A stretch of 64,000 nucleotides of DNA from Escherichia coli (GCF_003991155.1 NZ_CP031293.1); one strand, 5' to 3'. Numbered from the stretch's first letter, positions 19,255 through 37,057 are shown. A program made the numbers and translations. The notes: generated by a model from the sequence alone, not told the origin.

Positions 19255-20103
19255 ATGGCGACATACCTTATTGGCGACGTTCATGGTTGTTACGATGAAC
19301 TGATCGCATTGCTGCATAAAGTAGAATTTACCCCTGGGAAAGATACCCTCTGGCTGACGGGCGATCTGGTCGCGCGCGGCCCGGGTTCGCTGGATGTTCT
19401 GCGCTATGTGAAATCCTTAGGCGACAGCGTACGTCTGGTGCTGGGCAATCACGATCTGCATCTGCTGGCGGTATTTGCCGGGATCAGCCGCAATAAACCG
19501 AAAGATCGCCTGACACCGCTGCTGGAAGCGCCGGATGCCGACGAGCTGCTTAACTGGCTGCGTCGCCAGCCTTTGCTGCAAATCGACGAAGAGAAAAAGC
19601 TGGTGATGGCCCACGCCGGGATCACGCCGCAGTGGGATCTGCAGACCGCCAAAGAGTGCGCGCGCGATGTAGAAGCGGTGCTGTCGAGTGACTCCTATCC
19701 CTTCTTCCTTGATGCCATGTACGGCGATATGCCAAATAACTGGTCACCGGAATTGCGGGGGCTGGGAAGACTGCGTTTTATCACCAACGCCTTTACCCGT
19801 ATGCGTTTTTGCTTCCCGAACGGTCAACTGGATATGTACAGCAAAGAATCGCCGGAAGAGGCCCCTGCCCCACTGAAACCGTGGTTTGCGATTCCTGGCC
19901 CCGTCGCTGAAGAGTACAGCATCGCCTTTGGTCACTGGGCATCGCTGGAGGGCAAAGGTACGCCGGAAGGTATTTACGCGCTGGATACCGGCTGCTGTTG
20001 GGGCGGGACATTAACCTGCCTGCGCTGGGAAGATAAACAGTATTTTGTCCAGCCGTCGAATCGGCATAAAGATATGGGTGAGGGAGAGGCGGCCGCGTCT
20101 TAA
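19255..20103 (+). CDS. apaH: Bis(5'-nucleosyl)-tetraphosphatase (symmetrical)
   Basis: 282-aa ORF beginning [16 protein letters not shown]; metallophosphatase GDxHG motif. Confidence 0.95.
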   Translation: MATYLIGDVHGCYDELIALLHKVEFTPGKDTLWLTGDLVARGPGSLDVLRYVKSLGDSVRLVLGNHDLHLLAVFAGISRNKPKDRLTPLLEAPDADELLNWLRRQPLLQIDEEKKLVMAHAGITPQWDLQTAKECARDVEAVLSSDSYPFFLDAMYGDMPNNWSPELRGLGRLRFITNAFTRMRFCFPNGQLDMYSKESPEEAPAPLKPWFAIPGPVAEEYSIAFGHWASLEGKGTPEGIYALDTGCCWGGTLTCLRWEDKQYFVQPSNRHKDMGEGEAAAS

Positions 20104-20127
20104 CGCTTTACCATTCAGGGAGGAATA

Positions 20128-20727
20128 ATGGCTGACTATTTTGAAATACGTGCTGATTACAATCAGCACACCATCACGGTTTATCAGGCTTACAATGATG
20201 CAATCGCTGACGTCGCCGTACGTGACGGGCGATTTGGCGCACCTTTTTCATTCAACCGCATGACCTGGATTAAACCCTCTTTTATGTGGATGATGGAGCG
20301 TAGCAACTGGGGACTGAAAAAAGATCAACAACGCATTCTCGCAATCCGAATCAAACGCACCTTCTTTGATACATTGCTGGAACAAGCGGTGCTAACCACG
20401 CCGGAAGCCCATGTCTATCCACATGCAGGAGTTTGGGAAACGTTATTTGCGCAAGCAAATGTATATGTTCAGTGGGACCCAGAACGCAGCATAAATGGCA
20501 AAAAACTGGAGCACCGATCATTACAGCTTGGTATTTCTCGTAACTTGATCAGTCAATTTAACGAAGACGCCATTGTTGCCATTGATGATCTGACGCCGCT
20601 GGTGCGAAAGTGTCATAACCTTTTGATAAACGGTAAAACAACACAGGCGAAATCCTTCCTGCCGCCAGAAAAAATTTATCCTGTTAGTGCAACTGCAAGA
20701 AAGGCTTGGGGAATGAAAAATTCCTGA
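20128..20727 (+). CDS. Hypothetical protein (199 aa), accessory, function unknown
   Basis: ORF with good SD (GGGAGG) 24 bp after apaH; about 45% GC, lower than neighbours; not part of the K-12 apaH–folA junction as I recall it. Confidence 0.6.
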   Translation: MADYFEIRADYNQHTITVYQAYNDAIADVAVRDGRFGAPFSFNRMTWIKPSFMWMMERSNWGLKKDQQRILAIRIKRTFFDTLLEQAVLTTPEAHVYPHAGVWETLFAQANVYVQWDPERSINGKKLEHRSLQLGISRNLISQFNEDAIVAIDDLTPLVRKCHNLLINGKTTQAKSFLPPEKIYPVSATARKAWGMKNS

Positions 20728-20762
20728 GACAAATACGCGCCTATTAAGCGGAAAATATCTAA

Positions 20763-21212
20763 GTGCGACAAATCAACGCCGGGCTTAATACCAGAGAAAT
20801 TATTCTGGAAATGATTGACGAAGCAGATGACCCCCCGTTTGCTGAGCAGCGAACCTGGCATCGCAGGCGAATCGCTTTTCTTTGTGAGTGCATCAGCGTT
20901 GCTGTCGACTACGGCTTCTTCTGTTCTGTCTCTCAGCAGTCAATAATGAACATAACCAGGATGGCTGAAGATGTATGGATAACAGAAAGTAAAACGACCC
21001 AACTCATTGATATCTGGCAGCAACTTAAGCAGCTTTATCCGCCAGAAACTATTCCCTATACCCAGCAGTTACCCGCTAAAGAATTGCTTGAACTGCTACT
21101 TTCCAGTCCTGACGATCTTCGAATAATTGAAATCCCTGACATCATCGGCGATGTTTTTGATGACCAAACCTGGATTCGATTATTCAAAAAACACTTTGCT
21201 GATGTTATCTAA
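20763..21212 (+). CDS. Hypothetical protein (about 133-149 aa), accessory, function unknown
   Basis: ORF-track frame opens at a GTG at 20763; the first in-frame ATG is at 20811 (MIDEADDPPF...); acidic; start codon uncertain. Confidence 0.5.
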   Translation: MRQINAGLNTREIILEMIDEADDPPFAEQRTWHRRRIAFLCECISVAVDYGFFCSVSQQSIMNITRMAEDVWITESKTTQLIDIWQQLKQLYPPETIPYTQQLPAKELLELLLSSPDDLRIIEIPDIIGDVFDDQTWIRLFKKHFADVI

Positions 21213-21528
21213 CTACGATGTGATGTGTAACAATCTAAAATACATCGCCAGACGACAGACCAAAAAGAAAGTATTTAGCAGATACTCAACATTCTGACTT
21301 CTGTACAGAAATAGCAGAGTTTAAAAACTTAAAATTTCCGGTACTCATCAGAGAAACATCCTGTTTCTTCTGCAAGTTCATTTAATGCCGAGATGGCATC
21401 CTCGTTTACTTCAGTCCACTGTAGAGTGGCTTGAGGGTTTAGACCTACGCAATGAGTGCGACTCACAAAATCGCGCTCACTGGTAAAATCAGACGTCTTA
21501 TCGTTCAATTTGTAGTCATAGCAAAAAC

Positions 21529-24054
<2,526 letters not shown>

Positions 24055-24062
<8 letters not shown>

Positions 24063-24585
24063 GATGTGCCTCCTGCCATTCCAGCAGACGTTGCTTATAG
24101 TGCCGCGCCTGCCCTTCGAGGGTTTCGTCGTCACAAATAAAGGTGCAGTGCATGGCAAACGGTGGCAGCCAGTTCAGCCCGCAGTAGATTGCCGTCGCCT
24201 GTAGCGGCTGTGACAGCACATCAAAGCCCGGATGCGCACCAATCTCAAAATGGCTTTCCCCGCCGCCGGTCGTCACCGCCCACAGCAAATGTTTGCCATG
24301 CAGCGCCGTACCGCCGTGACCGTAAGCCCAGCCGTGCGAGAAAACTTTATCGATCCAAAGTTTGAGGAGCGGTGGAATGCTGTACCACTGCATCGGGTGC
24401 TGCCAGACGATCAGATCGGCGCGAGACAGCGCCTCCTGCTCGGCGGCAATATCGATATTGAAGTCAGGATAGAGTTGATAAAGAGAGCGAATTTCGACGC
24501 CTTCCAGCGTCCTTGCCTGTTCAAGCATCCGTTTATTCGCATGGGAATGATGCGGATACGGATGCGCATAAATTATAAGAATCAT
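24055..24585 (-). CDS. kefF: KefC ancillary protein / quinone oxidoreductase KefF
   Basis: 176-aa ORF beginning [20 protein letters not shown]. Confidence 0.95.
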
Positions 24586-24692
24586 AGGTAGCCCGCGTGA
24601 TTACGCCTTTGTTTTCCCACAAAGTGTAGTCATATATTCACGCGGCTTATAGTCAATAATATTGATTCAGAAAAGAGAGAAATCTGAACAAA

Positions 24693-26024
24693 TTACCCCA
24701 TTCTCTGCCCGCGGATCGTCATATTGCTGGTCTGCGCCAGTGACATCCCTCGAGTCTCCGGGGCAAACGCTACGGAAATCAACAAGCCAAACAGCGAGAT
24801 ACCCGCCCCCATCAGCATGGTGCTACTGATGCCGTAATTATTGATAAAGATTGGCAGTGCCCAGGTCGAAACAATGGTGCCAATACGGCTTAAGGACATA
24901 ATCACGCCCACGGCAGAGGCGCGGATATCCGTCGGGAAGAGTTCATTAGGATAGAGCCACTGCAAATTACCCGGCCCACCGGAGAAAAAGGCATACACCG
25001 CAAATGCCATCACTACCAGCCAGATCCCCATATCCGGGATCAGCCCCAAAACCGCCAGCGCCAGCGTCATCATGGCAAAACTGCCAATCAACAATGGACG
25101 CCGTCCGGCAGTGTTTAGCCACAGCATCGGCGGAATACAGCCGAGCATAAAGAACAGGCTAATCACCACATTCCCCAGCGCCGCATTTTTGCCAACCCCC
25201 AATCCCAACAAACCAACGATTTGCGGGCCAAAGGTGTAAATGGCGAACATTGGGATCACCTGGCAGGTCCAGATGGCGGCAACAAACAGAACAAAAGGAA
25301 AATGGCGGCGATTAAACAGATCGCGAAAACGGGTTTGCTGCGGCTGCTCTTCCTCGAAAGCCACCGGTTCGCCAAACAGTTTGATCATCATCTCTTCGCA
25401 CTCTTTTACTCGCCCTTTGCGTAACAACCAGCGGGGAGATTCAGGCAGTTCGAATCGACCAATCAAAATCAACAAACAGGGGATCGCTGCGCTACCCAGC
25501 ATCCAGCGCCAGCCGCCTTCCACATCATAAAGCCAGTAACCGACCAGATCGGCGCAGGTCGCGCCGACATACCACATCGCGGCAATAAAGCTGATGGAAA
25601 ACGCCCGCTGACGGGTACTGGAGAACTCGGTGATCATTGAGGTGGCGATGGGATAATCTGCACCGATGACAATGCCGATGAGTACCCGCATCACTAACAG
25701 TTCGACGGGGGATGAGACAAACATCGTCGCCACCGATATCACGCCGATGGCGATGATATCGATGAGGAACATTTTGCGCCGTCCGACTTTATCGGAGATA
25801 TAGCCAAACAGCGATGTGCCAACGAACAGCCCGGCGAGCGTTCCCGCGCCCAGCAAGCCAATCCAGTCAGCGTCCAGTTTCAGCGCCGGAGTCAGTTGCT
25901 CCAGCGCCACGCCAATCATTACCAGTACATAACCATCCAGAAACGGACCACCGCTTCCCCACAGCAAAATGCGGCGGTGAATAGAGGAGAATTTGAGATC
26001 GTCAAAGTTTCTGGACGGTTGCAT
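24693..26024 (-). CDS. yaaU: MFS transporter YaaU
   Basis: 443-aa ORF with multiple TM segments; between kefF and fixX. Confidence 0.9.
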   Translation of the reverse strand: MQPSRNFDDLKFSSIHRRILLWGSGGPFLDGYVLVMIGVALEQLTPALKLDADWIGLLGAGTLAGLFVGTSLFGYISDKVGRRKMFLIDIIAIGVISVATMFVSSPVELLVMRVLIGIVIGADYPIATSMITEFSSTRQRAFSISFIAAMWYVGATCADLVGYWLYDVEGGWRWMLGSAAIPCLLILIGRFELPESPRWLLRKGRVKECEEMMIKLFGEPVAFEEEQPQQTRFRDLFNRRHFPFVLFVAAIWTCQVIPMFAIYTFGPQIVGLLGLGVGKNAALGNVVISLFFMLGCIPPMLWLNTAGRRPLLIGSFAMMTLALAVLGLIPDMGIWLVVMAFAVYAFFSGGPGNLQWLYPNELFPTDIRASAVGVIMSLSRIGTIVSTWALPIFINNYGISSTMLMGAGISLFGLLISVAFAPETRGMSLAQTSNMTIRGQRMG

Positions 26025-26081
26025 GGGTTATTCCTGTTTTTTGCAATGAGAGTCAGTGCGGCGTTACGTATCAAACCAACA

Positions 26082-26369
26082 TCAGCCGTAACGGAACTCC
26101 ACACCAAAGGTGCCGCGCGGGTATTCCCACTGTTCCAGCGCCGACCCCAGCCCCAGAATGCGACAGGTGCCGCACTCCAGACATCCGGCGTAATCGAAGC
26201 GCACACTGCCGTCATCCTGCTTCTTGTACAGACCTGCGGGGCACGCTTTCACCAGCAGCTCCAGCGCCTGTTTATCGGCATCGGCCTTCACAACAATGTG
26301 CGGATGCTCTTCATCGACATTGAATTTATTGACGCCCAGTTTGACGTCCACATTGACGGGAGAAGTCAT
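26082..26369 (-). CDS. fixX: Ferredoxin-like protein FixX
   Basis: 95-aa ORF with Cys cluster (CLECGTC); 4-nt overlap with fixC. Confidence 0.93.
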   Translation of the reverse strand: MTSPVNVDVKLGVNKFNVDEEHPHIVVKADADKQALELLVKACPAGLYKKQDDGSVRFDYAGCLECGTCRILGLGSALEQWEYPRGTFGVEFRYG

Positions 26370-27652
26370 AAAACGGTCACTCCTTTCATGCCATCCTTGA
26401 TCAGATTGATGAAGCCCACTTTCTTGCCGTGGCGGAGGATTTTCTTGCGCATCAGTTCCGGCGCACTGCCGTCAATGGTGAACAGGTCACGCGCCACGCC
26501 CACCGCCAGTTCCGGGTAGCCGTTAAACATGCGTGGGTTATCAAGGAACGCCGGTAGTTTCTGGTACATACGCATATCGCGCAGCGGGCCACTCTCAAGA
26601 TGCTGACGATATTCCGCGAGTTTTTGCTTACTGAAATCGTCGCTTTTCATCGCTGAAAGCACGGTTTTTGCTGCGGCTTCCCCGGCGGCAATCGCCAGAT
26701 CCATACCGCGAATGGTAAAACCGAGGTTCATACACATTCCGGCGGCATCACCGGCAATCAGTACGCCGTCACCGACCAGCTCCGGCAGCATGTTGATGCC
26801 TGCTTCCGGCACTACGTGAGCGGAATATTCCACCAGCTTGCCGCCTGCGATCAGCGGTGCAACGGCCGGATGTTGTTTGAAATCTTCCAGCATTTGCGGC
26901 ACCGATTTTTTCGCGTCATGCAGATGATGCAGACCACAAACCAACCCCAGCGACAGAGTGTTTTCATTGGTATAAAGAAAGCCGCCGCCCATCAGGCCAT
27001 CGGTGGGTGATCCCGCAAACAGGCAAGCCGCGCCCTGATTACCCTGCAACTGAAAACGGTCTTCGATAACCGACTTCGGTAACTCGATCAGTTCCTTCAC
27101 GCCAACCGCCACATCCGTCGGTTTAACGCGTTTTGCCATCCCCAGCTTTTCGGCAAGGATGGAATTCACCCCATCAGCAAGGATCACCGTTTTCGCTTCA
27201 ATCACATCGCCATCGGCTTCTACGCCAACAACTTTGCCATCGCGCTGTACGAGGTTATCGACGCGGATCCCGGTAATTAACTGCGCGCCCGCTTCCTCGG
27301 CCTGCTCCATCAGCCAGGCATCAAATTTACTACGCAAAACGGAGTAAGAACGCTGGGATGGCGAGGTTTCGTCGCCATTGCAGTAGTCCATAGTCATCGC
27401 TGACTTTTCCGTCATAAACGCGAGTTTTTCATGGGTGATCAGGCGTTCTACGGGGGCGGAGTCAGCGAAACCAGGAATAATGTGTTCCAGACTGTGGGCA
27501 TAGAGACGCCCGCCGGTGACGTTCTTGGCACCTGCGGAATTGCCTCGCTCGATAACTAACACTTGCGCACCTTCGCGGGCGAGCACCAGTGCGGCAACCG
27601 AACCGGCAAGCCCTGCACCGACGATGATGGCGTCAAAGATATCTTCGGACAT
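26366..27652 (-). CDS. fixC: Electron-transfer flavoprotein-quinone oxidoreductase FixC
   Basis: 428-aa ORF with N-terminal FAD-binding GAGLAG motif. Confidence 0.95.
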   Translation of the reverse strand: MSEDIFDAIIVGAGLAGSVAALVLAREGAQVLVIERGNSAGAKNVTGGRLYAHSLEHIIPGFADSAPVERLITHEKLAFMTEKSAMTMDYCNGDETSPSQRSYSVLRSKFDAWLMEQAEEAGAQLITGIRVDNLVQRDGKVVGVEADGDVIEAKTVILADGVNSILAEKLGMAKRVKPTDVAVGVKELIELPKSVIEDRFQLQGNQGAACLFAGSPTDGLMGGGFLYTNENTLSLGLVCGLHHLHDAKKSVPQMLEDFKQHPAVAPLIAGGKLVEYSAHVVPEAGINMLPELVGDGVLIAGDAAGMCMNLGFTIRGMDLAIAAGEAAAKTVLSAMKSDDFSKQKLAEYRQHLESGPLRDMRMYQKLPAFLDNPRMFNGYPELAVGVARDLFTIDGSAPELMRKKILRHGKKVGFINLIKDGMKGVTVL

Positions 27653-27702
27653 AAGAGCTCCCTGTCAGCAGCAGGGCCAAAATGCAGCCCTGCCAGAGTG
27701 GA

Positions 27703-28644
27703 TCAACGCGCTAAAGCTGCGGTCAGTGCCGGAAGGATCTTCACGGCGTCGCCAACAATGCCGTAATCCGCGTACTGGAAGATCGGCGCATTTTTATCTT
27801 TGTTGATGGCGAAAATGGTTTGCGACGCATTAGCGCCAACCATGTGCTGGATCTGCCCGGAGATCCCCACCGCCAGGTACAGTTCAGGTTTCAGCATCAG
27901 GTTGGAGATACCGACATAGCGTTCGTGCTCCATCCATTTTTCGTTTTCCGCCACCGGACGAGAACAGGCCAACTCCGCACCTATCGCCTTGCAAAGCTGT
28001 TCTGCCAGCGCAATGTTCTCTTTGCTGCCAATGCCGCGACCGACGCTGACCACCAGACGGGCTTTGTCGAGATCGACGCTGTTGCTCTGGCGCGCCTGGG
28101 TTGCCGTGCGGGTAATCGCCACAGCCGGAGCCTGCCACTCCACGGTGTGCGTTTCGCCAGTGCGTGACGCGTCTGGCTGAGCCACATCGAACGTGCCGCT
28201 GCTGATGGTCAGTACCGCATACGGCGTGGCAATGCGTTCTTCGCCAATCGCCAGACCGCCGTAAACCATGTGTTTCACTGTCGCTTTACCGTCCTGTACG
28301 CTGACGGTGCTGGCATCGTTAGACACCGCCGCTTTAAGGCGATAACCCAGTTTTGCTGCCAGTAATTTGCCGCGACGGGTGTTTGGCAACAGCACCAGAC
28401 CGTCTGCGCCGTGCTGGCGAATAGTGTCAGCCATGACACCGGCGTAATCTTCGATCATCCGCTCGTCCGGTTTGCCGCTTAATTTCCAGACATGATTAGC
28501 GCCGAGCTGGATTGCCTGTGCGCCGTCGGCATCATTGAGGACGAACGTGTTGATTTGATTAGCTAAAGCCTGCGCACCGTTCATCAGTTCCGGCAGACGA
28601 GAAGGGGTATCGCTGAATACCCAGACTTGAGAAAACGTGTTCAT
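27703..28644 (-). CDS. fixB: Electron transfer flavoprotein alpha-subunit homologue FixB
   Basis: 313-aa ORF; ETF alpha family. Confidence 0.95.
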   Translation of the reverse strand: MNTFSQVWVFSDTPSRLPELMNGAQALANQINTFVLNDADGAQAIQLGANHVWKLSGKPDERMIEDYAGVMADTIRQHGADGLVLLPNTRRGKLLAAKLGYRLKAAVSNDASTVSVQDGKATVKHMVYGGLAIGEERIATPYAVLTISSGTFDVAQPDASRTGETHTVEWQAPAVAITRTATQARQSNSVDLDKARLVVSVGRGIGSKENIALAEQLCKAIGAELACSRPVAENEKWMEHERYVGISNLMLKPELYLAVGISGQIQHMVGANASQTIFAINKDKNAPIFQYADYGIVGDAVKILPALTAALAR

Positions 28645-28658
28645 AGCATCCCCTGTAA

Positions 28659-29429
28659 TTAAATGACTTTGCGAAGATTTTCAGCAAATGCGGCGATCTG
28701 TTCTTCGCCGTCGCCTTCAATCACGATGCGCTGACGCTCGCGCTGTTTCGGCGCGGCAACCTGTTGTTCTGACCAGGCTGCCTCTGCGTTAAAACCGATA
28801 TCCGCCGCCGACCATACCTGGACTGGCTTTTTCGCCGCGCCGAGAATGGCTTTCATCGAAGGAATTTGTGGGGAGTTGATATCAGTGGAAACAGCAACAA
28901 CCGCAGGCAGCGGAATGCTTAAGGTTTCGGTTTCATCTTCCAGTTCGCGCTCAACGGTGAGGGTATCTGCCGTCAGGGAGATAATTTTGCTGACGCCGTT
29001 AACTGCCGGAATATTGAGGATTTCGCCTACCAGCAAACCAACCTGCTGGGCATAAAGGTCGGAAGAACCATCGCCACAGAGGATCAAATCAAAGCCTGCT
29101 TTCTGGGCGGCTGCAGCCAGTGCGCTCGCCGTTTGTTGCGGCAGTGCCTGCTCGAACTGGTCATCAATCACCACAATCAGTTCATCCGGACCGCGCGATA
29201 GCACATCTTTACGCCCTTTGGCGTTGGTCAGGGCTTTACCGCCCACACTTAAGGCCGTCACCTGCCCCTCTGCTGCCTGTTGCTTTAGCTGGCAAGCCGC
29301 TTCAATAGCGTTGAGATCGTATTGGCTTATTTTGGCATCGGCTTTACTGAAGTCTAACGAACCATCAGCATTATTGACCGCAATATCCTGTTCATCAGGC
29401 ACGCACTTATAGCAAGTAATAATCTTCAT
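28659..29429 (-). CDS. fixA: Electron transfer flavoprotein beta-subunit homologue FixA
   Basis: ORF-track frame 28659-29492; start placed at [15 protein letters not shown], giving 256 aa. Confidence 0.93.
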   Translation of the reverse strand: MKIITCYKCVPDEQDIAVNNADGSLDFSKADAKISQYDLNAIEAACQLKQQAAEGQVTALSVGGKALTNAKGRKDVLSRGPDELIVVIDDQFEQALPQQTASALAAAAQKAGFDLILCGDGSSDLYAQQVGLLVGEILNIPAVNGVSKIISLTADTLTVERELEDETETLSIPLPAVVAVSTDINSPQIPSMKAILGAAKKPVQVWSAADIGFNAEAAWSEQQVAAPKQRERQRIVIEGDGEEQIAAFAENLRKVI

Positions 29430-31416
<1,987 letters not shown>

Positions 31417-31446
31417 TTAACCCCCAAAATATCAAGAGGTTGAAAG

Positions 31447-32589
31447 ATGGATTTTAATTTAAATGATGAGCAGGAACTGTTTGTCGCCGGTATCCGCGAA
31501 CTTATGGCCAGCGAAAACTGGGAGGCCTATTTTGCCGAGTGCGACCGTGACAGCGTCTACCCGGAACGTTTTGTCAAAGCACTGGCGGATATGGGGATCG
31601 ACAGTCTGCTGATCCCTGAAGAGCACGGTGGTCTGGACGCGGGGTTTGTGACTCTCGCCGCCGTGTGGATGGAGCTGGGACGTCTGGGGGCACCAACCTA
31701 TGTACTGTACCAGTTGCCGGGCGGGTTCAACACCTTCCTGCGCGAAGGCACACAAGAGCAGATCGACAAAATTATGGCTTTCCGCGGCACCGGTAAGCAG
31801 ATGTGGAACTCAGCGATTACCGAACCGGGCGCGGGCTCCGACGTGGGTAGCCTGAAAACGACTTATACCCGTAGAAATGGTAAGATTTATCTTAATGGTA
31901 GTAAGTGTTTTATTACCAGTAGCGCCTACACCCCGTACATCGTGGTGATGGCGCGCGACGGGGCTTCTCCGGACAAACCTGTCTACACCGAATGGTTTGT
32001 TGATATGAGCAAACCGGGCATCAAAGTGACCAAACTTGAAAAGCTCGGTCTGCGTATGGATAGCTGCTGTGAAATCACTTTTGACGACGTGGAACTGGAC
32101 GAGAAAGACATGTTCGGTCGGGAAGGTAACGGCTTTAACCGCGTCAAAGAAGAGTTCGACCATGAACGTTTCCTGGTAGCCCTGACCAACTACGGTACGG
32201 CGATGTGCGCCTTTGAAGATGCGGCGCGCTACGCCAACCAGCGTGTGCAGTTTGGCGAGGCTATTGGTCGTTTCCAGTTGATTCAGGAAAAATTCGCCCA
32301 CATGGCGATCAAATTAAACTCCATGAAAAACATGCTGTATGAAGCAGCGTGGAAAGCAGACAACGGCACCATCACCTCTGGCGATGCAGCGATGTGCAAA
32401 TACTTCTGCGCCAATGCGGCATTTGAAGTGGTGGATAGCGCAATGCAGGTGCTGGGCGGTGTCGGGATTGCGGGCAACCACCGCATCAGCCGCTTCTGGC
32501 GTGACCTGCGTGTAGACCGCGTTTCCGGAGGATCTGACGAAATGCAGATCCTGACGCTGGGTCGCGCGGTGCTGAAGCAATACCGCTAA
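31447..32589 (+). CDS. caiA: Crotonobetainyl-CoA reductase (acyl-CoA dehydrogenase family)
   Basis: 380-aa ORF beginning [19 protein letters not shown]. Confidence 0.95.
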
Positions 32590-32593
32590 GTCC

Positions 32594-32692
32594 GTGCGCT
32601 GCCTGATGCGACGCTGACGCGTCTTATCAGACCTACGGGAGCACGAATGTAGGCCGGATAAAGCGTTTACGCCGCATCCGGCAGTCATGCGC
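32594..32692. repeat. REP/BIME between caiA and caiB
   Basis: GCCTGATGCGACGCTGACGCGTCTTATCAGACCTAC ... GTAGGCCGGATAAAGCG...CGCATCCGGCA. Confidence 0.85.
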
Positions 32693-32699
32693 TACATAA

Positions 32700-33935
<1,236 letters not shown>

Positions 33936-34008
33936 ACGCGTGGCGTCAGTCAGCTTGCCTGACTAGCGCCCGCCCAATAACAAACGAACAAAAATGGATA
34001 GAGGTGCA

Positions 34009-35562
34009 ATGGATATCATTGGCGGACAACATCTACGTCAAATGTGGGACGATCTGGCGGACGTTTACGGTCATAAAACGGCGCTGATTTGTGAATCCAG
34101 CGGCGGAGTCGTTAACCGGTATAGTTATCTTGAGTTAAATCAGGAGATTAACCGCACGGCAAACCTGTTTTATACGCTGGGGATTCGCAAAGGCGACAAG
34201 GTTGCTCTACATCTCGACAACTGCCCGGAATTTATCTTTTGCTGGTTCGGGCTGGCAAAAATTGGCGCGATTATGGTGCCGATTAACGCCCGCCTGTTAC
34301 GCGAGGAAAGCGCGTGGATCCTGCAAAATAGCCAGGCGTGCCTGCTGGTGACCAGTGCGCAATTCTATCCCATGTATCAACAGATTCAGCAGGAAGATGC
34401 CACGCAGTTGCGGCACATTTGCCTGACAGATGTGGCACTTCCCGCTGATGATGGCGTGAGTTCGTTTACTCAACTGAAAAATCAACAACCTGCCACCTTG
34501 TGCTATGCACCGCCGCTATCGACTGACGATACGGCGGAAATTCTCTTCACCTCCGGCACTACCTCCCGACCGAAAGGTGTGGTGATTACCCATTACAACC
34601 TGCGCTTCGCTGGATATTACTCCGCCTGGCAGTGTGCACTGCGTGACGATGACGTCTACCTGACGGTAATGCCTGCGTTTCATATCGATTGCCAGTGTAC
34701 TGCGGCGATGGCGGCGTTTTCTGCCGGGGCCACCTTTGTGCTGGTCGAGAAATACAGCGCCCGCGCCTTCTGGGGACAGGTGCAGAAGTACCGCGCCACC
34801 ATTACCGAATGTATTCCGATGATGATCCGTACCTTGATGGTGCAACCGCCTTCTGCGAACGATCAGCAACACCGCCTGCGGGAAGTGATGTTTTATCTCA
34901 ACTTGTCGGCGCAGGAAAAAGACGCATTTTGTGAACGCTTCGGCGTTCGCTTGCTGACGTCTTATGGGATGACGGAAACCATTGTGGGCATTATCGGCGA
35001 TCGCCCTGGCGATAAACGGCGCTGGCCGTCGATTGGTCGGGCGGGCTTTTGCTACGAAGCGGAGATCCGCGACGATCACAATCGCCCGCTCCCGGCAGGT
35101 GAGATCGGTGAAATCTGTATTAAAGGCGTACCAGGGAAAACCATCTTCAAAGAGTATTTTCTCAACCCGAAAGCCACTGCGAAAGTGCTGGAAGCCGACG
35201 GCTGGCTACATACCGGCGATACCGGATACCGCGACGAAGAGGGCTTTTTTTATTTCGTCGATCGCCGCTGCAATATGATCAAACGCGGTGGCGAGAATGT
35301 CTCCTGCGTGGAGCTCGAAAATATCATCGCCACCCATCCAAAAATTCAGGATATCGTGGTTGTGGGAATTAAAGATTCGATACGCGATGAAGCCATCAAA
35401 GCATTTGTGGTGCTGAATGAAGGTGAAACATTGAGCGAAGAGGAATTTTTCCGCTTCTGCGAACAAAATATGGCGAAATTTAAAGTGCCCTCTTATCTGG
35501 AGATCAGAAAAGATCTGCCACGTAATTGCTCGGGGAAAATAATTAGAAAGAATCTGAAATAA
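34009..35562 (+). CDS. caiC: Crotonobetaine/carnitine-CoA ligase
   Basis: ORF-track frame 33994-35562; start placed at [16 protein letters not shown], giving 517 aa; AMP-binding motif [10 protein letters not shown]. Confidence 0.93.
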
Positions 35563-35670
35563 ATGAAACGGCAGGGAACTACCCTGCCAGCTAATAATCA
35601 CGCTCTAAAACAATATGCATTTTTTGCAGGGATGTTGTCGTCCCTGAAAAAGCAAAAATGGAGAAAAGGA

Positions 35671-36456
35671 ATGAGTGAATCATTACATCTGACCCGCAAT
35701 GGATCAATTCTGGAAATTACCCTTGATCGTCCAAAAGCGAATGCTATTGATGCAAAAACCAGCTTTGAAATGGGCGAAGTATTTCTAAATTTCCGTGACG
35801 ATCCGCAATTACGTGTCGCCATTATTACCGGTGCCGGAGAGAAATTCTTTTCCGCGGGCTGGGATTTAAAAGCGGCAGCAGAAGGCGAAGCACCGGATGC
35901 TGACTTTGGCCCGGGAGGTTTTGCGGGATTAACCGAAATTTTCAATCTCGACAAACCGGTCATCGCAGCTGTGAACGGCTATGCCTTTGGCGGCGGCTTT
36001 GAACTGGCGCTGGCGGCAGATTTTATTGTTTGTGCCGATAACGCCAGCTTCGCCCTACCGGAAGCCAAACTGGGCATCGTTCCTGACAGCGGCGGCGTGC
36101 TGCGTCTGCCGAAGATCCTGCCGCCTGCCATCGTCAATGAAATGGTGATGACCGGCAGACGAATGGGCGCAGAAGAGGCGCTGCGTTGGGGGGTAGTCAA
36201 CCGCGTGGTTAGCCAGGCGGAACTGATGGATAACGCCCGCGAACTGGCGCAGCAGCTGGTTAACAGCGCTCCGCTGGCGATTGCGGCGCTGAAAGAGATC
36301 TACCGCACCACCAGCGAAATGCCGGTAGAAGAAGCGTATCGCTATATTCGCAGCGGCGTGTTGAAAAACTATCCATCGGTTCTGCATTCGGAGGATGCCA
36401 TTGAAGGGCCGCTGGCGTTTGCCGAGAAGCGCGATCCAGTGTGGAAAGGACGTTAA
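35671..36456 (+). CDS. caiD: Carnitinyl-CoA dehydratase (crotonase fold)
   Basis: ORF-track frame 35563-36456; start placed at [25 protein letters not shown], giving 261 aa. Confidence 0.93.
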   Translation: MSESLHLTRNGSILEITLDRPKANAIDAKTSFEMGEVFLNFRDDPQLRVAIITGAGEKFFSAGWDLKAAAEGEAPDADFGPGGFAGLTEIFNLDKPVIAAVNGYAFGGGFELALAADFIVCADNASFALPEAKLGIVPDSGGVLRLPKILPPAIVNEMVMTGRRMGAEEALRWGVVNRVVSQAELMDNARELAQQLVNSAPLAIAALKEIYRTTSEMPVEEAYRYIRSGVLKNYPSVLHSEDAIEGPLAFAEKRDPVWKGR

Positions 36457-36461
36457 CAACC

Positions 36462-37052
36462 GTGAGCTATTACGCCTTTGAGGGGTTAATTCCGGTGGTT
36501 CACCCGACGGCGTTTGTCCATCCCAGTGCAGTCTTGATTGGCGATGTGATTGTGGGAGCCGGTGTCTACATCGGTCCACTCGCCTCACTGCGTGGTGACT
36601 ACGGGCGGTTGCTCGTGCAAGCGGGAGCCAATATTCAGGATGGCTGCATTATGCATGGCTACTGCGACACTGACACCATCGTTGGGGAAAACGGCCATAT
36701 CGGGCACGGAGCGATCCTGCATGGTTGTGTGATTGGTCGCGATGCACTGGTCGGGATGAACAGCGTGATTATGGATGGCGCGGTCATTGGCGAAGAGAGC
36801 ATTGTTGCCGCTATGAGCTTTGTCAAAGCGGGCTTTCGCGGCGAGAAACGCCAGTTGTTGATGGGTACGCCAGCCCGCGCTGTACGCAGCGTGAGTGACG
36901 ACGAGTTACACTGGAAACGGTTGAATACTAAAGAGTATCAGGATCTTGTCGGGCGCTGTCATGCATCGTTACATGAAACGCAACCACTGAGGCAAATGGA
37001 GGGAAATCGCCCCCGTTTGCAGGGGACGACGGATGTTGCGCCGAAACGGTAA
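36462..37052 (+). CDS. caiE: Carnitine operon protein CaiE (hexapeptide-repeat)
   Basis: GTG start giving [15 protein letters not shown], 196 aa; left-handed beta-helix repeats. Confidence 0.9.
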   Translation: MSYYAFEGLIPVVHPTAFVHPSAVLIGDVIVGAGVYIGPLASLRGDYGRLLVQAGANIQDGCIMHGYCDTDTIVGENGHIGHGAILHGCVIGRDALVGMNSVIMDGAVIGEESIVAAMSFVKAGFRGEKRQLLMGTPARAVRSVSDDELHWKRLNTKEYQDLVGRCHASLHETQPLRQMEGNRPRLQGTTDVAPKR

Positions 37053-37057
37053 CATCG

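Noticed and set aside
20763-20810. GTG start for the second accessory ORF
   Set aside because: Not rejected outright but uncertain: the first ATG is at 20811 and neither candidate has a strong SD; reported with reduced confidence.
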